A stretch of 64,000 nucleotides of DNA from Eledone cirrhosa (GCA_964016885.1 OZ024748.1:25606001-25670000); one strand, 5' to 3'; positions 1-14,047 are shown, counted from the stretch's first letter. Program-made: numbers and translations. The notes: a model not told the origin generated them from the letters alone.

Positions 1-351
1 AAAAAAGTCGATCAATAAAGTGATCCTGAAGACAGAAAAGGTTAGACAGTGGCAACTCTGTCCACATTTTTCCAGAGGCCCTTTACTCAATTTTCCTAAC
101 AATTATTTATAGCATTCAACTATTATTATGGTCATTTGAGTTGGTAAACTACATTTCAAATTTTAAATTGTGAAAATATCTGGGTGAAAGGAGGGGTGTA
201 CAAATATTTTCAACGTTGTGAGCATAAAATTAAAATATTTAATTATAGAAATCAGAAAACAATAAGAAACATTTCAAATAAACCTAAAGCTGCAGAGGGG
301 CGCTAATATGTTTTTTTAAAATTCCATTTGTTTATCAAATCAAAATAAAAG

Positions 352-770
352 GGTAAGACACCTATTGGTCATGAAAGACTATGGGTTTTGCACCTAGAAA
401 GTCCCTCTTAGTGGCACAAGGCCGGGCAAGGTTGTTTGTGGAAGACCAGCAGTTGCCCATGTATACCAGTCTCCCCTCTTCACGCTACTGATCTTGTCCA
501 AGGGAAAGGCAATGGCTGATACTACCTAGCACCAGTGACGTCACAACTCATATATACACTATATATATTATATATACACTGAATATGATGTTGTTCAAGG
601 GAAAGGCAGAGGCCGATGCAGCTAAGCACCAGTGACATTGCAACTCATTTCTACAGTTGAGTAAACTGGAGCAACATGACATAAGGACACGATACATCAC
701 CTAGTCCAAGAATGAAATTCACAACCTCTCGATTGTGAATCCAACTTTCTAACCTCTAAGCCATGCACCT
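352..770 (-). mobile_element. tRNA-derived SINE, full length with internal duplication
   Basis: Head matches 14955-15100; internal block caagggaaaggca..gcaccagtgac is duplicated. Confidence 0.8.
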
Positions 771-1929
771 TATATATATATCAAACTACTTTACATTTAC
801 ATGACACCTGCAGAATTTGCAATGAACCAAGCCAAAAATCCTTTCACCTGTAATTAACCATTTTTCAAAAGATACATTTCTAAGACTTTCACCTAATTTC
901 CAAATGTTTGTTTATGCTGAATACTAGAGATGTAAAATATCAAATCTACTCACCTGATTGAGGGGGATATCAACATAGGGAGGGGGTGGGAGAAATTCTT
1001 TGCACTCATATTTGGCTCGAATCCACTTTTCTCTGTCCTCACTGAAAAAAGAAATTGAGGATCTCGAGAAACAAGTTTAAGAAACAAAATAAATAATTAA
1101 TGATTTCATATTTTAGCTCAAAGTCAGCATTTTGGGGGAGATTGGGGATTATATTGACCCCATTACTTGACTGGTACTTTATTTTATTCACCTCGGAAGG
1201 CTGAAAAGCAAAGTTGACCTCAGCTGGATATGAACACAGAATGTAACAAGTTGGAACAAATATTTTATCTGTCGCTCTACTGATTCTGCCAATCCACCAC
1301 CCTCAATTAATCTCTAATTTAGGTACAATGCTGGCAAATTTGGAGGAAGGGCAATGTTGATTAAATTAATCCCAGTACTTGATTAGTACTTTTGTTTATC
1401 GACTTCTGAAAGATGAAAGGCAAAATTGACATTGGCGTAATTTGATCTCAGAATTTAACCCAACCAATTCTGCCAATTCACCACCCTTTTAACAAATAAT
1501 TAATAAGAATGTTGAAACTGCAATAATAATCATTAATCAATATAGTCTTCCTTTTTTTTAAAATAAAAATAAGATCACCAAAATGTAGGATATAATACTA
1601 AAATAATGTAAACAGTATTCTACAATTTTAACACTTAACAGCCTGTAATGAATTAGCAGAAAATATCTAAAAACAGATTAATTCAAATGTTTATAGTATC
1701 TTTACAAGTGGACAGATTGTTGTAAAAATATGCAGTATTAACTTTTAACATCCTGTAATAGTTGGATAACATCCATGAGCTTGGCTGGTCTCACTTGGGG
1801 ATCCAAACAGATCAATTGGAGACAATTGCTTCTGATAGAATCCACTGGAAGGCATGCTTGAGGACTCTGATCCCCATAACCCTCACAGGAATAAGTCAGT
1901 GAAAAAGAAGATGAAGGGTTAATTCAAAT

Positions 1930-2335
1930 CATCATCATCACCGTTTTACGTCCGTTCTTCCATGCTAGCATGGGTTAAACGGGTTGTCCTGTTGTGGGCA
2001 GTGTCTGGTCAGTTGACCATGCCTTGCTCATACAGGAACTGATTTTGGCTTGATTTCTACAGCTGCATGCCCTTCCTAACACCAACCTCATTTACAGTGA
2101 GTGCTGGGTGCTTTTTTTCTGTGGCGCCTACACGTCCACTTTACGGTGTGGGCTGGGTGCTTTTTTGCCGTGGCAGCCCCACGACCACTTTGCAGTGGGA
2201 GGGTGTGGGGGCATATTGTCTATATGCTTCAGCTTCGGCTTGTACCCATGGGAGGTCGGGTACTCTGTATTACTGCACGACGCCAGAGGTCATGATCTTG
2301 TGTCATCGCCTTTGAGAGGTGTAATTCGATAAGGT
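1930..2335 (-). mobile_element. RTE 3'-end copy with (GAT)n tail and TCAAAT target-site duplication
   Basis: Tail at left and tcaaat on both sides; interrupts a MITE. Related copies at about 9678-9900, 14770-14925, 17654-17912, 18772-19380, 28133-28375 and 39585-39830. Confidence 0.85.
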
Positions 2336-2557
2336 CAAATGTTTATAGTATCTTCCCTAATGGACAAATTGTTGTGAAAATTTGCAGTACTAAAGTCAAA
2401 ACTTTAATATTTACTGTGATGCAGTCAAAGTGCTGTTTTGAACTTTTCAAGAAAGTTTTGCTAATGTGGTTTCATGTAGTTCAGGATGTTAAGAGTTAAA
2501 CTGATGAGAGAGTTAAATTAATAAAGCAAATGTTTAGTAAACTGTTTAAGTTCTTAC

Positions 2558-2662
2558 CGAGAGGCATTTACACCAGGTTTGGATCGACCCTTCAGACTTG
2601 CTTCCCATACAGAATTTACTATAATGTTGCCAATGGAGGTCATAACTTGAATATGTTCAACT
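2558..2662 (-). CDS. AGAP1: AGAP/centaurin-gamma exon, ArfGAP domain (VEHIQVMTSIGNIIVNSVWEASLKGRSKPGVNASR)
   Basis: ttgcag acceptor, CG|gtaaga donor, 105 nt, phase 2-2. In frame with the 4122-4239 exon; matches the AGAP ArfGAP segment 'VM.SIGN..N.VWE....GR.KP'. Confidence 0.95.
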
Positions 2663-4120
2663 CTGCAACATAGGAGACCAAATACTTTCATTATTATATT
2701 ATTGCAGCAATGTTTCAATAGTTAATGTTTTCAGTTTATTAACACAATCAACAATTTTATACAATGAGTGTTTATGTTAATTTTGTTTGTTATTTAAATA
2801 GAAGGCATACAAATAAACACAATTTATATTTAAAAAAAGGCAGGGTGAGGGGAGACCCACACATTAAATCACATGCTACAAGGAGCACTGGAACTGCATT
2901 CTAATAATTTTTGAGGCAAGCTAATACTCTGGCAGCATTGCCATAAGTGATAGCAAGGCTCTGATTTTGGAATAACAAAGCATTACCCGATACATTGATA
3001 AGGTGAGCTGCCAACAGTGATAAAAACCTTGTTGGCCGTCCAGCCCTCCCAATTGCCACAGGCTGCAAAAAGTAGTTTGCCAATAATTGCTGGTATGATA
3101 AGAGGTGATCAAGTGAGGTGTAGGTGAATAATTTTCTGAGAACTACCCAGTCCAGTTAAGGGGAGAAGTTATGGTTATAACAACACAACAAATATATTAA
3201 ACTCATGGCAGATATCAATTTAATTTTTGCTTTTAGACTCATCGGATATTCTTGCATACTACAAGCAGGTTATCATCTTCACATTTTAAAATTCCTTAAA
3301 ATCGTAGGCAAAATCATGGAACCCAGAAGAAATAAAAACCAATATTTTTATTATAAGAAAAGTAATAGACAAATGTTCAACTTTCTGTAAGATCGAAAAT
3401 ATGGGATTTCAATCATCATCATCTCTTTACACCTGCTTCTCCATGCTTGTATGGTTTGGACACATTCTCTCCAGCACAGCTTGCTTCAATTTGTCATATT
3501 TCTTATCATCTCTTCTGTGACATTCAATATTTCAAGATCTGCTTTAACCACTTCTGCTTAGCTTTTTCTCAGCTTTCCTCCACTGCAACTTCCTTCCAGC
3601 CATTACCAAGCACTTCTTCACCTAGTATCCATATGCATCACATGTCCATACCAGTGCAGTCGTCTCTCTTGGACATTACATTTGATTCTACTTATATACT
3701 TTCTATGTTATGAAATTAGTGGAAATATCAATTACAGTGAGACTAAAAGTTAACACCTGTTTACTGCCGCATGTAAACTGTTGGTCCTAGTTTACTAGAT
3801 GTCTAGCTATAAAATTTCCTTGATAAATCGCCTATATTTAAACACTTGATGAACAAGAAAAATAGATTTATTTATTCCTAGAAATACATACATTATAATA
3901 ATAATAATAATAATCATGAAAATATTGTGTACAGTGCTCAGGTGCACTACAACTCATCAAAAAGTGTATGTATAGTACATAGGGTAATGTACAAACGTCA
4001 GGAAAATGAACAGTGCATGAGTCATGATATACACATGGTCTTGAAATTATACATATGAGCAGTTTAGAAAAAATATATTTCCATTAATTTAAGATTTCAC
4101 TTGATGTACAAGAATACTTA

Positions 4121-4249
<129 letters not shown>

Positions 4250-5286
4250 TCAGCCAAGAAATATTACAGCTATAACAAGAAATACATTTATATAGAAGCA
4301 ACAACATATTATTTACTTCATCATCATCATCATCATCATCCTTTTATTGTTCTGCTTTCCCTGCTAGCAAGGGATGGACGAGTCTACATAGACCAAGTCA
4401 GTACTGAAGCAGAGCCACTGATCTCCCAGGAAGGCCAGGGACGGGATCTGTGTCTCACTTTATGTACAGTCGAAGCTCCACTGAGTGCACTGGAGAGGTT
4501 GTCATGATTTTGACACACCTGAGGGTCTTCCCGACCCTTTTGTTTAGCAGGATTTCTATGGCTGGATGCTCTTCCTATTATCAATCACTTTACAGTGTGT
4601 ACTGGGTATATTTATCATGTAGGTCACTAACACTAGGGAGGCTGTAATGTCCTTGACACAGCTGAAGGGTCCTCATGACCCTTTGTTTCGCAAGCTTTCT
4701 AGGACTGGATGCCCTTCCTATCACCAACCACTTTATAGCATGTACTGGGTGTGTTTATTGTGAGGTCACCAAACACTAGGGAGGCTGTCATGTCCTTGAA
4801 GTAATTAATGGTACTGTCATGTCCTTGAAGTAAAACTGTTACTCCATGCAAGCTCCTATGCGCTGATACCCTAGTACTGATGATGATATTACTGTTATTA
4901 TTATCAATATAAACATGTAAATACCATCATCATTTAACATCTACTCTCCTAGCTAGCAAGTGTTGGACAGGTCATGGCTACTGATCTCTCAGATGTACTG
5001 AGGAGCATGATTATATATGATACTTTAGCTCTACAGAGTGCACTGGGTGCATATTATCAAGACACCAACACTAGGGAGGTTGTTATGTCTTTGGCACAAT
5101 TGAACAGTCCTCCACACCCATTGTCTCAAATGTAGTCAGAATTCTGCCTGAAAACTTACACTTCTCCATCTTCCCAGTCAATTAATTGATTTCACTTTGT
5201 GGAATATTTACACTAACTTTACACTGAACAGATCAATATTTACACTGACTTTACATTGCACAGATCAATTATTAAATTTTACTTAC

Positions 5287-5371
5287 TGGTTGCTCCACAA
5301 TCTGTACAGCAGTTGTTCCCTCGCACATTGCGAATAGCCTGAATACTGGCTGGGTCAGTTGCACTGGTATT
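5287..5371 (-). CDS. AGAP1: AGAP exon, start of ArfGAP domain (NTSATDPASIQAIRNVRGNNCCTDCGAT)
   Basis: ttttcag / A|gtaagt, 85 nt, phase 0-1. Encodes the first CxxC of the zinc finger. Confidence 0.96.
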
Positions 5372-6043
5372 CTGAAAATAACATTTATATATTTATAGAA
5401 ATAACAATAACATATTTATAGAAAACAACATTTGGATTATGATCTTTAATGTAAAAAAAAAAAAAGATGAATCTTAAAGAATGTTTTAAGGCTAAAAAAA
5501 AACCCCAAAACAATGTAGATGTGTCCCATTGAGACAACATACGAAGAGGAGGCAATAGAAAAACAGGGAATTCACTGTAGGACACTGTAGAGCAGAACTA
5601 CATGAAACTGATTCAACTTCTTTGTTAGATGATTTGTTGAAAGAAAATTACCAATTAACTTGAAACATGGTAAAATCTGAGTTTTTTAAACTACATTTTA
5701 ATTTTAAAGTTAACATGAATAGTGCCATGGGGTGAAGAAAAAAAATCTTGCCACAAAGAACTTTTTAGTTAAATATTATCAGTATAATTATTCTAAATAA
5801 TTCTTTAACACTCTACAAATATTAGAGTAAATTTGGAAATATTATGGCACTGATATGAAAGGGTGAGAAAAACAAAATATATAGTATGTAAAAAACTTTC
5901 TAATGTAAAATCATGATGGGAGTTTTAAATTTAAATATATAGACTTTAAAAGAAATAGTTTTGTCTTGGAGAAGCCAGTGTCAGTTGGTTTCAGATGGAT
6001 TGGTATGAAAAAGGTTTAAATATTAATGAAGAGATAAAATTAC

Positions 6044-6121
6044 CTTTGCCTTGCAGCTTTCATTTGCCTGAAGACTGGACAGTATCTGTTGTTCAATAGC
6101 ACTCACCCATTCATCACGTTC
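6044..6121 (-). CDS. AGAP1: AGAP exon, PH domain C-terminal helix (ERDEWVSAIEQQILSSLQANESCKAK)
   Basis: ttatag / AAG|gtaat, 78 nt, phase 0-0. Contains the PH helix Trp motif. Confidence 0.96.
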
Positions 6122-6556
6122 CTATAAACAAATAAAATAACACATAAAAACTTGTAATAAAACACAAGTGGATATTAGAAGCTCGCTCTGCAATCATTAG
6201 CTCCTACGTTCAACCCCACACTGTGGCATCTTAGGCAAGCATCATGTACCATCATAGCCTTGGGTTGACCCATGTCTTGTAAGTGAAATTGCATAGACAG
6301 AAGCGGTTTGGAAGCCCATCAAATGGACTGTATCTGAAATTGAAATGGTCAGCATTGTCACACGCTATGTCCTGCTGAATCCTCCAAGAGAATTACATTA
6401 AGGGTACACATATCTGTGTAATACTCAGCCACTTATAAGTTGATTACAGGCTTTTCTGTTGATCAAACAACTGAAACACTCAACTGCTCCATTCCAATAA
6501 AAACAAAAAGAAAATATTACTTATACAATGAAAAGAAAGGTTAAACTGAACAATAC

Positions 6557-6630
6557 CTCTACACTCTGAGCTTCAAAATGCCATTGCTTGCTATCAAGTG
6601 AAACGATGATAAATTCATAACCATCAGAAT
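6557..6630 (-). CDS. AGAP1: AGAP exon, second half of split PH domain ([25 protein letters not shown])
   Basis: ttctcag / GAG|gtattg, 74 nt, phase 1-0. Matches the AGAP motif 'EF.IVSL...WHFEA'. Confidence 0.96.
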
Positions 6631-7843
6631 CTGAGAAATTTAGAAGAAAGAAATAAAAGAATAAAAGAAAAAAAAATTCTCTTTTCTTTCCCCTAAAATA
6701 TATTTAAAAAACACATTTAAATGACTGTACTGTCTCTAGCTGAGTCCATATCACTTTTCATGTCTTTTATTTTTTATGGCAAAGTTTTTACAGTTGATGC
6801 CTTTCCTATCACTAACCATTTTACAGTAGAGACTGGATCTATTTTATTGTAACAATAGAACTAAAGTTATCTGTGTCAAAGTAAAAGAGTCTATCTTACT
6901 TTGTATCAGTTACTGCTCTGACGAAGCAGAAGTCCCATAACTCCTGTTTCTCCATTAAAAATTAAATAAACTGCATTCATCTATTTTATAAGTTAATTAT
7001 TATGGTAAATGAGTTATTAGCATGCTTTGCTGTATTCAGTCTATCTCTCTGCACTCATGAGTTCAAAACTAGCCTAAGTCACATTGTCTTTCACCCTTTT
7101 GAAATCGATTAAAAAAAAAGTACCAGTGCAGTACTGGGGTTGATTCTTCCTCTATATCTTTCTCACTTTTCTCTCCCCTTCTCTGGAAAGAATTGGCTAT
7201 GTTCAGACCTGGAGATAGGATGTGTTTCCCAGGTTTAAAATGGCCAAGAAATGTTGTATGTCACTGCGGCACCCCTATAATTCCATCAGAAGCTATGTGC
7301 CTATACATATTTACATCATGGAATGCTTAGCACTTGTGATTAAATTCTTACTCAGTATTTGTAAAGACTGATTAACAACTGAAAATATGTTTCAGGAGAC
7401 GAAAAAAATTGCTTTATGCAGCTGATAATGATATATATTCACAATTATCTTATAAGAAATAGGGAATATACAGTATAACCCTTTCATTACCATATTTTTA
7501 ATGACATACACTGTGTTTCAATTAATTAATGAAGAGGGGTTTATCAAAATTATTTATTATTTCATTAAGAAAGTATTTGCAACAAATGGTTATTATATAA
7601 TCATGTTAGAAAATTTTAATTTAAACAGGAACCCTTTAAAATGGGTGGTTTTGTTTAATAAAACAAGAGCCAGCTGTGAGCAGATTGGTTTAAAAAGGGT
7701 TGACATAGGGATCTTACATAAAATTATGTTGGAAGATTTTAATTTAAATAAGAATCCTTTAAAACGGATAGTTTTGTTTGATAGGACCAGAGCCAGTTTT
7801 GGGTAGAGTATCAAGAGGGTTAAGAGAAGTTGATCACACTTAC

Positions 7844-7996
7844 CATCTAACTGACTAGGATCAATACTTTTAAGGCCTCCACTTTTTGCTCGCCTGTGTC
7901 GTTTTTTCACATTAGGAGTTTCCGTTTTTGACCCTATATTTTTATTATCACCTGATTTCGATACAAATGAGTCCCCAACATTACCATTTGGAATTC
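7844..7996 (-). CDS. AGAP1: AGAP exon, PH insert with basic cluster (GIPNGNVGDSFVSKSGDNKNIGSKTETPNVKKRHRRAKSGGLKSIDPSQLD)
   Basis: Long (CTT)n pyrimidine tract + ttcag, G|gtaagt, 153 nt, phase 1-1, open frame. KKRHRR resembles the basic cluster of the AGAP PH insert. Confidence 0.92.
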
Positions 7997-8697
7997 CTGA
8001 AAAGAAGAAGAAGAAGAAGAATCCAGAAATGAAGTTTGAAAGTTTCAGACAACATTTATATCAAAAATATCATTATTAAAAAAAACAAACTAATCTAGAA
8101 TATTCTGAAGAATATACAACATACAAAAAGAGTTATAATTGGAATAAATAGTCAGATGGAAATAAAAGAAAAGAAACAACAGATATTAATATGTTAAATA
8201 ACTCCATTGTGTGTATGTGTGTGTGTACATAGAACCAGAGCTTGTGTGTATGTACACACACACACTCTGGTTCTATGAAATATTAAAGGTAGACAGAAAC
8301 TGTTTAGAAGCCTGTCAGAATGACTGTACTTGTAATTCAAAAGGCTAGCCATGCTGAGTTTCTAATAATTTTTTCAGTTAAAAAAAAAAAAGTTAAATAA
8401 TATGCCCCTTTATATAGATATTAATAACCTAATTATTATCTAATTACATCAAGCGAATGCACCTGATTGTTATTACACATACAGGTATTGATTATCTTAA
8501 TCTGAGTAATCCTTAAACTGTATAATTACTTATAAATGACACAAATGTAATTCTAGGGCTTGTCGCACTCCTATCCATCTACTAAACAAAAAAAATCAAT
8601 AAATACAATACACTCAACATATATCTATATACATATGTATATATACAAATATATACCATTATACACACACAGACACGCACACACACATATACATACA

Positions 8698-8770
8698 GAC
8701 GCAATAGCTCAGTTGGGAGAGCATTAGACTGAAGATCTAAAGGTCTCTTGTTCAATCCCGGGTTTTGGCA
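8698..8770 (+). pseudogene. tRNA-Phe(GAA) pseudogene or degenerate copy
   Basis: 73 nt, nearly the metazoan tRNA-Phe sequence with intact D and anticodon arms and a downstream T4. About 7 substitutions, including two mismatches in the acceptor stem and one in the T stem. Confidence 0.88.
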
Positions 8771-9089
8771 GGTCAACTACTTTTGTGGGGTGGAGAAGCC
8801 CCCTAAGTCCAGTAAGACGACTTCCCTAGTGCTGGTGGCACAAATAAAATCACCCAGTCCATGCTGTAAAATGGAGGTAATGGAAGTGGCATTCAGCCAT
8901 TAAAAACAATGCCAAAGTATGGGGTGGAGAGGGCCCCTGAGTCCAGTAAGACAACGTCTCTAGTGCTGGTGGCACGAATAAAAGCACCCAGTCCATGCTG
9001 TAAAATGGTGCTGGTGATAGGAAGGACATCCAACCAGTATATTATTAATGCCAAAAAATTATGAGCACAACATTCAAAAGTAAAATGAA

Positions 9090-9445
9090 AATGATACAGA
9101 TGGTGGATGGGTGCTACACGAGAATGCTGAGGATGGTTCTGAACATTAAGAACATGAAGAACTCAGAGCTGTAAGGGAGCCTCCCAAAAGTCAGCTTGAA
9201 AAGTAACACAGAGGAGACTGAGGTTAGCTGGACATACTCACTGACATTCAGAGTTGACACTGCACTCAGTGGTCCTGTGAGAACCCCTACATGGACACAC
9301 TAGAAGAGGGAGACCAAGGATGACATATTGATGCCCTAAGGACAGACACTGGTCTCTGGGAGACGCAGGACATGGAGGTGATGATGAGGGACAGAGACTG
9401 CTGGAAAGACTTTGTCTATGGATCTTGGGAATTTTACTTGCCCTA
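9090..9445 (+). mobile_element. 3' fragment of the same LINE family as 11548-12400
   Basis: Reverse-complement match, e.g. cagatggtggatgggtgctacacgagaatgctgaggatgg, extending to the 3' end. Confidence 0.88.
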
Positions 9446-9899
9446 GATAGATACATATATGTATTTATACATATATACATATATGCATTATCATCATTGT
9501 TTAATGTCCATGGGTTTGACAGGTTTGTCCTATTTAGAGGCAAGTTGGGTCGGGTGACCGTGTATTGCTCATATAGGACTATCTCTAGCTGGTTTTCTAT
9601 GGCGGGATGCGCTTCCTAGCACCAACCACATTTACAGTGTGTGCTGGAAGTTTTGTGGACCCAACTTAGCATACACATATCATCATCACCTTCGTTTTAT
9701 GTCCATTTTCCACGCTAGTATGGGTTTGACGGGTTGTCCTGTTGTGGGCAATCCTAGGTCAGGTGACCATGTCTTGCTCATACCGGACTGATTGGAGCTT
9801 GGTTTCTACAGCTGGTTGCCCTTCCCAACGCCAACCTCATTTACAGTGAGTACTGAGTGCTTTTTGTCACGACGCCTACATGTCCACTTTACAGCATGG

Positions 9900-9967
<68 letters not shown>

Positions 9968-10132
9968 GATAACAAAATATCGTTGTAGGTAATCCGGTTA
10001 ATCCGTATCTAAAATTGAGTGGCACTGCTTCAAGTGTTCAGCAATATTTAGACAACTTAATCAGTGAAACAATTGTCAGACTGTAAATAAAAGCCTTTTT
10101 TGTACTGTTGATCATGTTATTCTTCACTCTTT

Positions 10133-10168
<36 letters not shown>

Positions 10169-10709
10169 TTTGATTACCTGTACAGGCAATATTTATTAGA
10201 ATACTGTTGAAGTGTATATATTTGGGGGGGGGGGACACCCTGTGTGTGAATATATATAAACACACACACACAGACATATATATATATACACATGGGAGCG
10301 GTGACCAATCTCTCAGAGGCTGAGGTCGCAAGAGCAGTCAAAGAGCCCAAATGGGATTCCTCCAAAGTGTCTTGGGAGTAACGTTACTCGATAAAGTGTG
10401 TAGCTCAGAGATCAGAATCACTCGAGGTAGAGCCACTACTTCTCCAAATTGAGAGATTACAACTCCGATACTATGGGTATTTGGTTAGAATGTCTCAGGA
10501 AAGAATTGCTGGACAGATTTTATGAGAAAAATCAACTGGTAGAAGACCTAGGAGTAGACCACAAGCAAGATGGTTGGATAACATCCATGAGCTTGGCTGG
10601 TCATTCCTGGGGATCCAGCTGGATTAGTTGGAGATGGTTTCTTCTGAGAGGACCCACTGGAGGGAGTGTTTGGGGACTCTGCCCTCTCAGAAATAAGTGG
10701 GAGAAGAAG

Positions 10710-10752
<43 letters not shown>

Positions 10753-11006
10753 AAAAGTAAACAGAAATAACAACACAATCAGTACAGTATATGGAAGGAA
10801 TATATTAGGTTAACGCTTGAAATAGCAGGAAGAGAGTTTTAACGTTTTGGATGCTAGTCCTTCATCAGAAGAAAGAATGAGAAATAAGATAGATTGAGGA
10901 GACGGACAGGTTGGAATTGGAAAAAATGTCTTTAGATGAAAATAACAGGTCCATTCATGTTGACATCTCTCTCTCTCTACACACACAAACACATAAATAA
11001 ATAAAT

Positions 11007-11039
<33 letters not shown>

Positions 11040-11547
11040 AATTAATAAATCACATGAATACACCAATTTCACAATTGAAGGACTAATATTTATTATGTAA
11101 ATGAGACATGTTTCATTAATATGTAGGTGAGCATATCTAGAACCGCTCTTCCGAGGTAACTTTTCAGAGAATTTGAATTCTCATAAAATCGGCCTTAAAA
11201 TTGCGTGGTATGCAAATGAGGCTAATCAGCCAATGTATACATTTGAGAATACTATGTATTCTCAGCAGTTCCAGCAAGTAGCAAGCAGGAGAATACACAA
11301 TCTTGACAAGGAGCAAGACACTCTGAAACAATTGTCCAATTGTTTTCTCTCAGCTACTACTGGAACAAAATGATAATGGTGTCATCGACCACTTATGAGG
11401 CTGTTTACTTATAAATAAACTGGATATTAATAACATTATGATATTACTATAATATTATTATTATTCACTCACAAATACATTTCGGTATCCACCACGTTAA
11501 GAGCAAAAACAAATTTTATTTTACATTATATATATATATATATATAT

Positions 11548-12400
11548 CTAGGGCGGGTAAAATTCCCGAGATCCATGGACGAGTTCTCTCCAGCAGTCTC
11601 TGTCCCTCATTATCGCTGTCATGTCCTGCGTCTCCAACAGACCAGTGTCTGTCCTTAGGGGATCAGCATACATTAACCTTGGTCTTCCTCTTCCAGTGTG
11701 TCAATGTAGGGGCTCCCACAGGAGCACTGAGTGCAATGTCAACTCTGAATGTCGGTGAGCATGACCAGCTAACCTCAGTCTCCTCTGTGTCACTTTTGAG
11801 CTGACTTTTGGGAGGCTCCCATACAGCTCTAAGTTTTTCAGTGTATACTGATTAATGTTCAGAGCCATCCTCAGCATTCTCGTGTAGCACCCATCCACCA
11901 TCTGAGTGAGTTTCTTGGCCAGTGTCCAAGTCTCAGACCCGTACAGCAATGAAGAGGCGGATTTCAGGTCTTTATGAAGGTTCGACTTCCACACCGATCT
12001 CAAGCTGTGGCACGCCGCCCAGGCTTTGCTCTTCCCCTCAACCACATCATCTTCCATATTCCCAATCTTTGCTCCCAAATACAGGAAGTCCTCAACCAAT
12101 TCTAGCGGTTTCCCGCCTACATTAGTGATCCCCTCTGGCTTCTCAACATTCTCTACCAGATATTTTGTTTTAGTCTCATTCATTCTCAGCCCCACACTCA
12201 TCGACAGAGTCTCAACCTCCTGCATCAAATCCTCTGCCTCCTTCACTGTATTTGTCACCAAAACTATGTCGTCGGCAAATTCAGCATCTGATACCTTTTT
12301 CGCCTTAACTCTCCTGCTCTGAGTCGGTGCTACAGTAAAGCCAGAGTCCTGGTGTTTCTCCAGTGCAAGGCACATACAATAGTCCACTACGATGATAAAA
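11548..12400 (-). mobile_element. Degenerate RTE-like LINE, second family, 3' part
   Basis: ORF with FADD, FLYLG, LLYGSETW and RRLRLAGH motifs; ends in (TA)n. Confidence 0.9.
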
Positions 12401-12488
12401 TATATATATATAAGTATTGAAGTTTCCGTTGAAAATTGAAAAAGTCATAGGAGTGAAGAGTGCTCTATGTAAGTTACAGAGCTAAATT

Positions 12489-12709
12489 TAATGTATAATA
12501 AACAATACAATATAATTACCTCATTACCAGAGGTTTCCCGAATAAGACGAATACAAGAAACGTCCTCATTCATTCGTCAGACAAGGCAATTTAAAACAAT
12601 GTTTTAAATTGCCTTGTCTGACGAATGAATGAGGGCGTTTCTTGTATTCGTCTTATTCGGGAAACCTCTGGTAATGAGGTAATTATATTGTATTGTTTAT
12701 TATACATTA
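12489..12709. repeat. 221-bp near-perfect palindrome
   Basis: 110-bp arms, 1-nt spacer at 12599, one mismatch seen. Confidence 0.97.
12608..12683 (+). ncRNA. Type I hammerhead-like motif, mirrored on the minus strand at 12515-12590
   Basis: 10-bp stem I attgccttgt/atgaggtaat (with GU pairs), CTGACGA, long stem II, GAAA, stem III acc/ggt, GTA triplet. Confidence 0.7.
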
Positions 12710-12851
12710 TATATATATATATATATATATTTGTGTATCATAATCAATCGACCCTCTGAAACGATCGTAAAACAATGAACTAACTACCTACCTACACCTG
12801 ACTTCTGTTTTTTTTATTGTTCTATACACAAACATACATATGTGTACATAT

Positions 12852-12894
<43 letters not shown>

Positions 12895-12935
12895 TATTAT
12901 TTAATGTGTCTGTTTTCTCTGCTAGCAAGTGTTGG

Positions 12936-13008
12936 GAGGGTCAACATGAGGCTGACATAGAGGGTCAACATGGGGCTGACATAGAGGGTCAACATGGGGC
13001 TGACATAG
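12936..13008. repeat. 24-bp tandem repeat x3 (gagggtcaacatggggctgacata)
   Basis: Seen directly. Confidence 0.9.
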
Positions 13009-14014
13009 AAGACAATTACACATAAGGTTGTGAAACAAACTTCTGAAGCAGACAACCATGCAGAAACAACAGAAACAACCACAAGACTGTGGTATGTTCA
13101 TGTAAAGAGCTTAAACAACCATTAAAACAGTAGTATGTACACATAAAAGGCTTACAGATGGCTAAAGAAATGTTTCACGAAAACAGTCTTGATACTACAA
13201 ATAACACATATTACACAGAAAATTTTTTTGGGAATATTCTGAGAGAAATATAACAAGCAATATTAGAGAAAATCAGGTTAAAAGAAGAAAATGCAATAAA
13301 TAAATCTATAAAATGTGTAAAAAATGAAACAAAAAAATACAACATAAATAGATTTTAGTTGTAATAGTTAACTGAAAAAGGTTTAAAATGTAACGGGTTT
13401 AAAATACATGCAAACCAAAAATATACGAAATACATAAAAAAAAACAAAAAAACATTGTTATACTAACTACAAAGAAAAATAGTTCTACTGTATTTTTGTG
13501 AAATGAAATTGTGTGTTATATTCTAGCAGTTGAACTGTAAATGTTATTTCATATATTGAGGATACAACAAACATCTTAATGTTGTAATAGGGGTAGTATT
13601 GGTGCCATGATAAAATACACCCAACCTGCTCTGTAAGGTGCTGGAGCTATGATACAAAACACACTGTCCACCCTGTAAAGTGGCAGTGATGGTGTCAAAA
13701 CAGAATACACCCTCTCCATCCCGTAGGATAGTAGTGCTAGTGCCATGATACAAAACACTTAGTTGATATAAAAGTCTAACATATTTTATATCAAATAAGT
13801 TTACTAAACTTGGTTGCGTTGAAGCACATGTACAATAAAATGAAATCACATCTTATTAAAAATACGATGAGACAGGAAATATGCCATTAAGTTTTCTTCA
13901 CAATCTAACATGATAAAATAATCAGTTATTTTTTTACCAGAAGAATTTGAAGCGCTCAAAGTAAACTTACTAAAGTCTGAAATTAAAGTAAGAAAGAAAA
14001 CAGGACCCTGCTAC

Positions 14015-14047
<33 letters not shown>

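Noticed and set aside
1-25. Acceptor-like ctaaccttttctgtcttcag on the minus strand as the next AGAP exon
   Set aside because: In the required phase it reads ITLLIDFF rather than the expected EEKE.WI.AKY; the true exon is probably outside the window.
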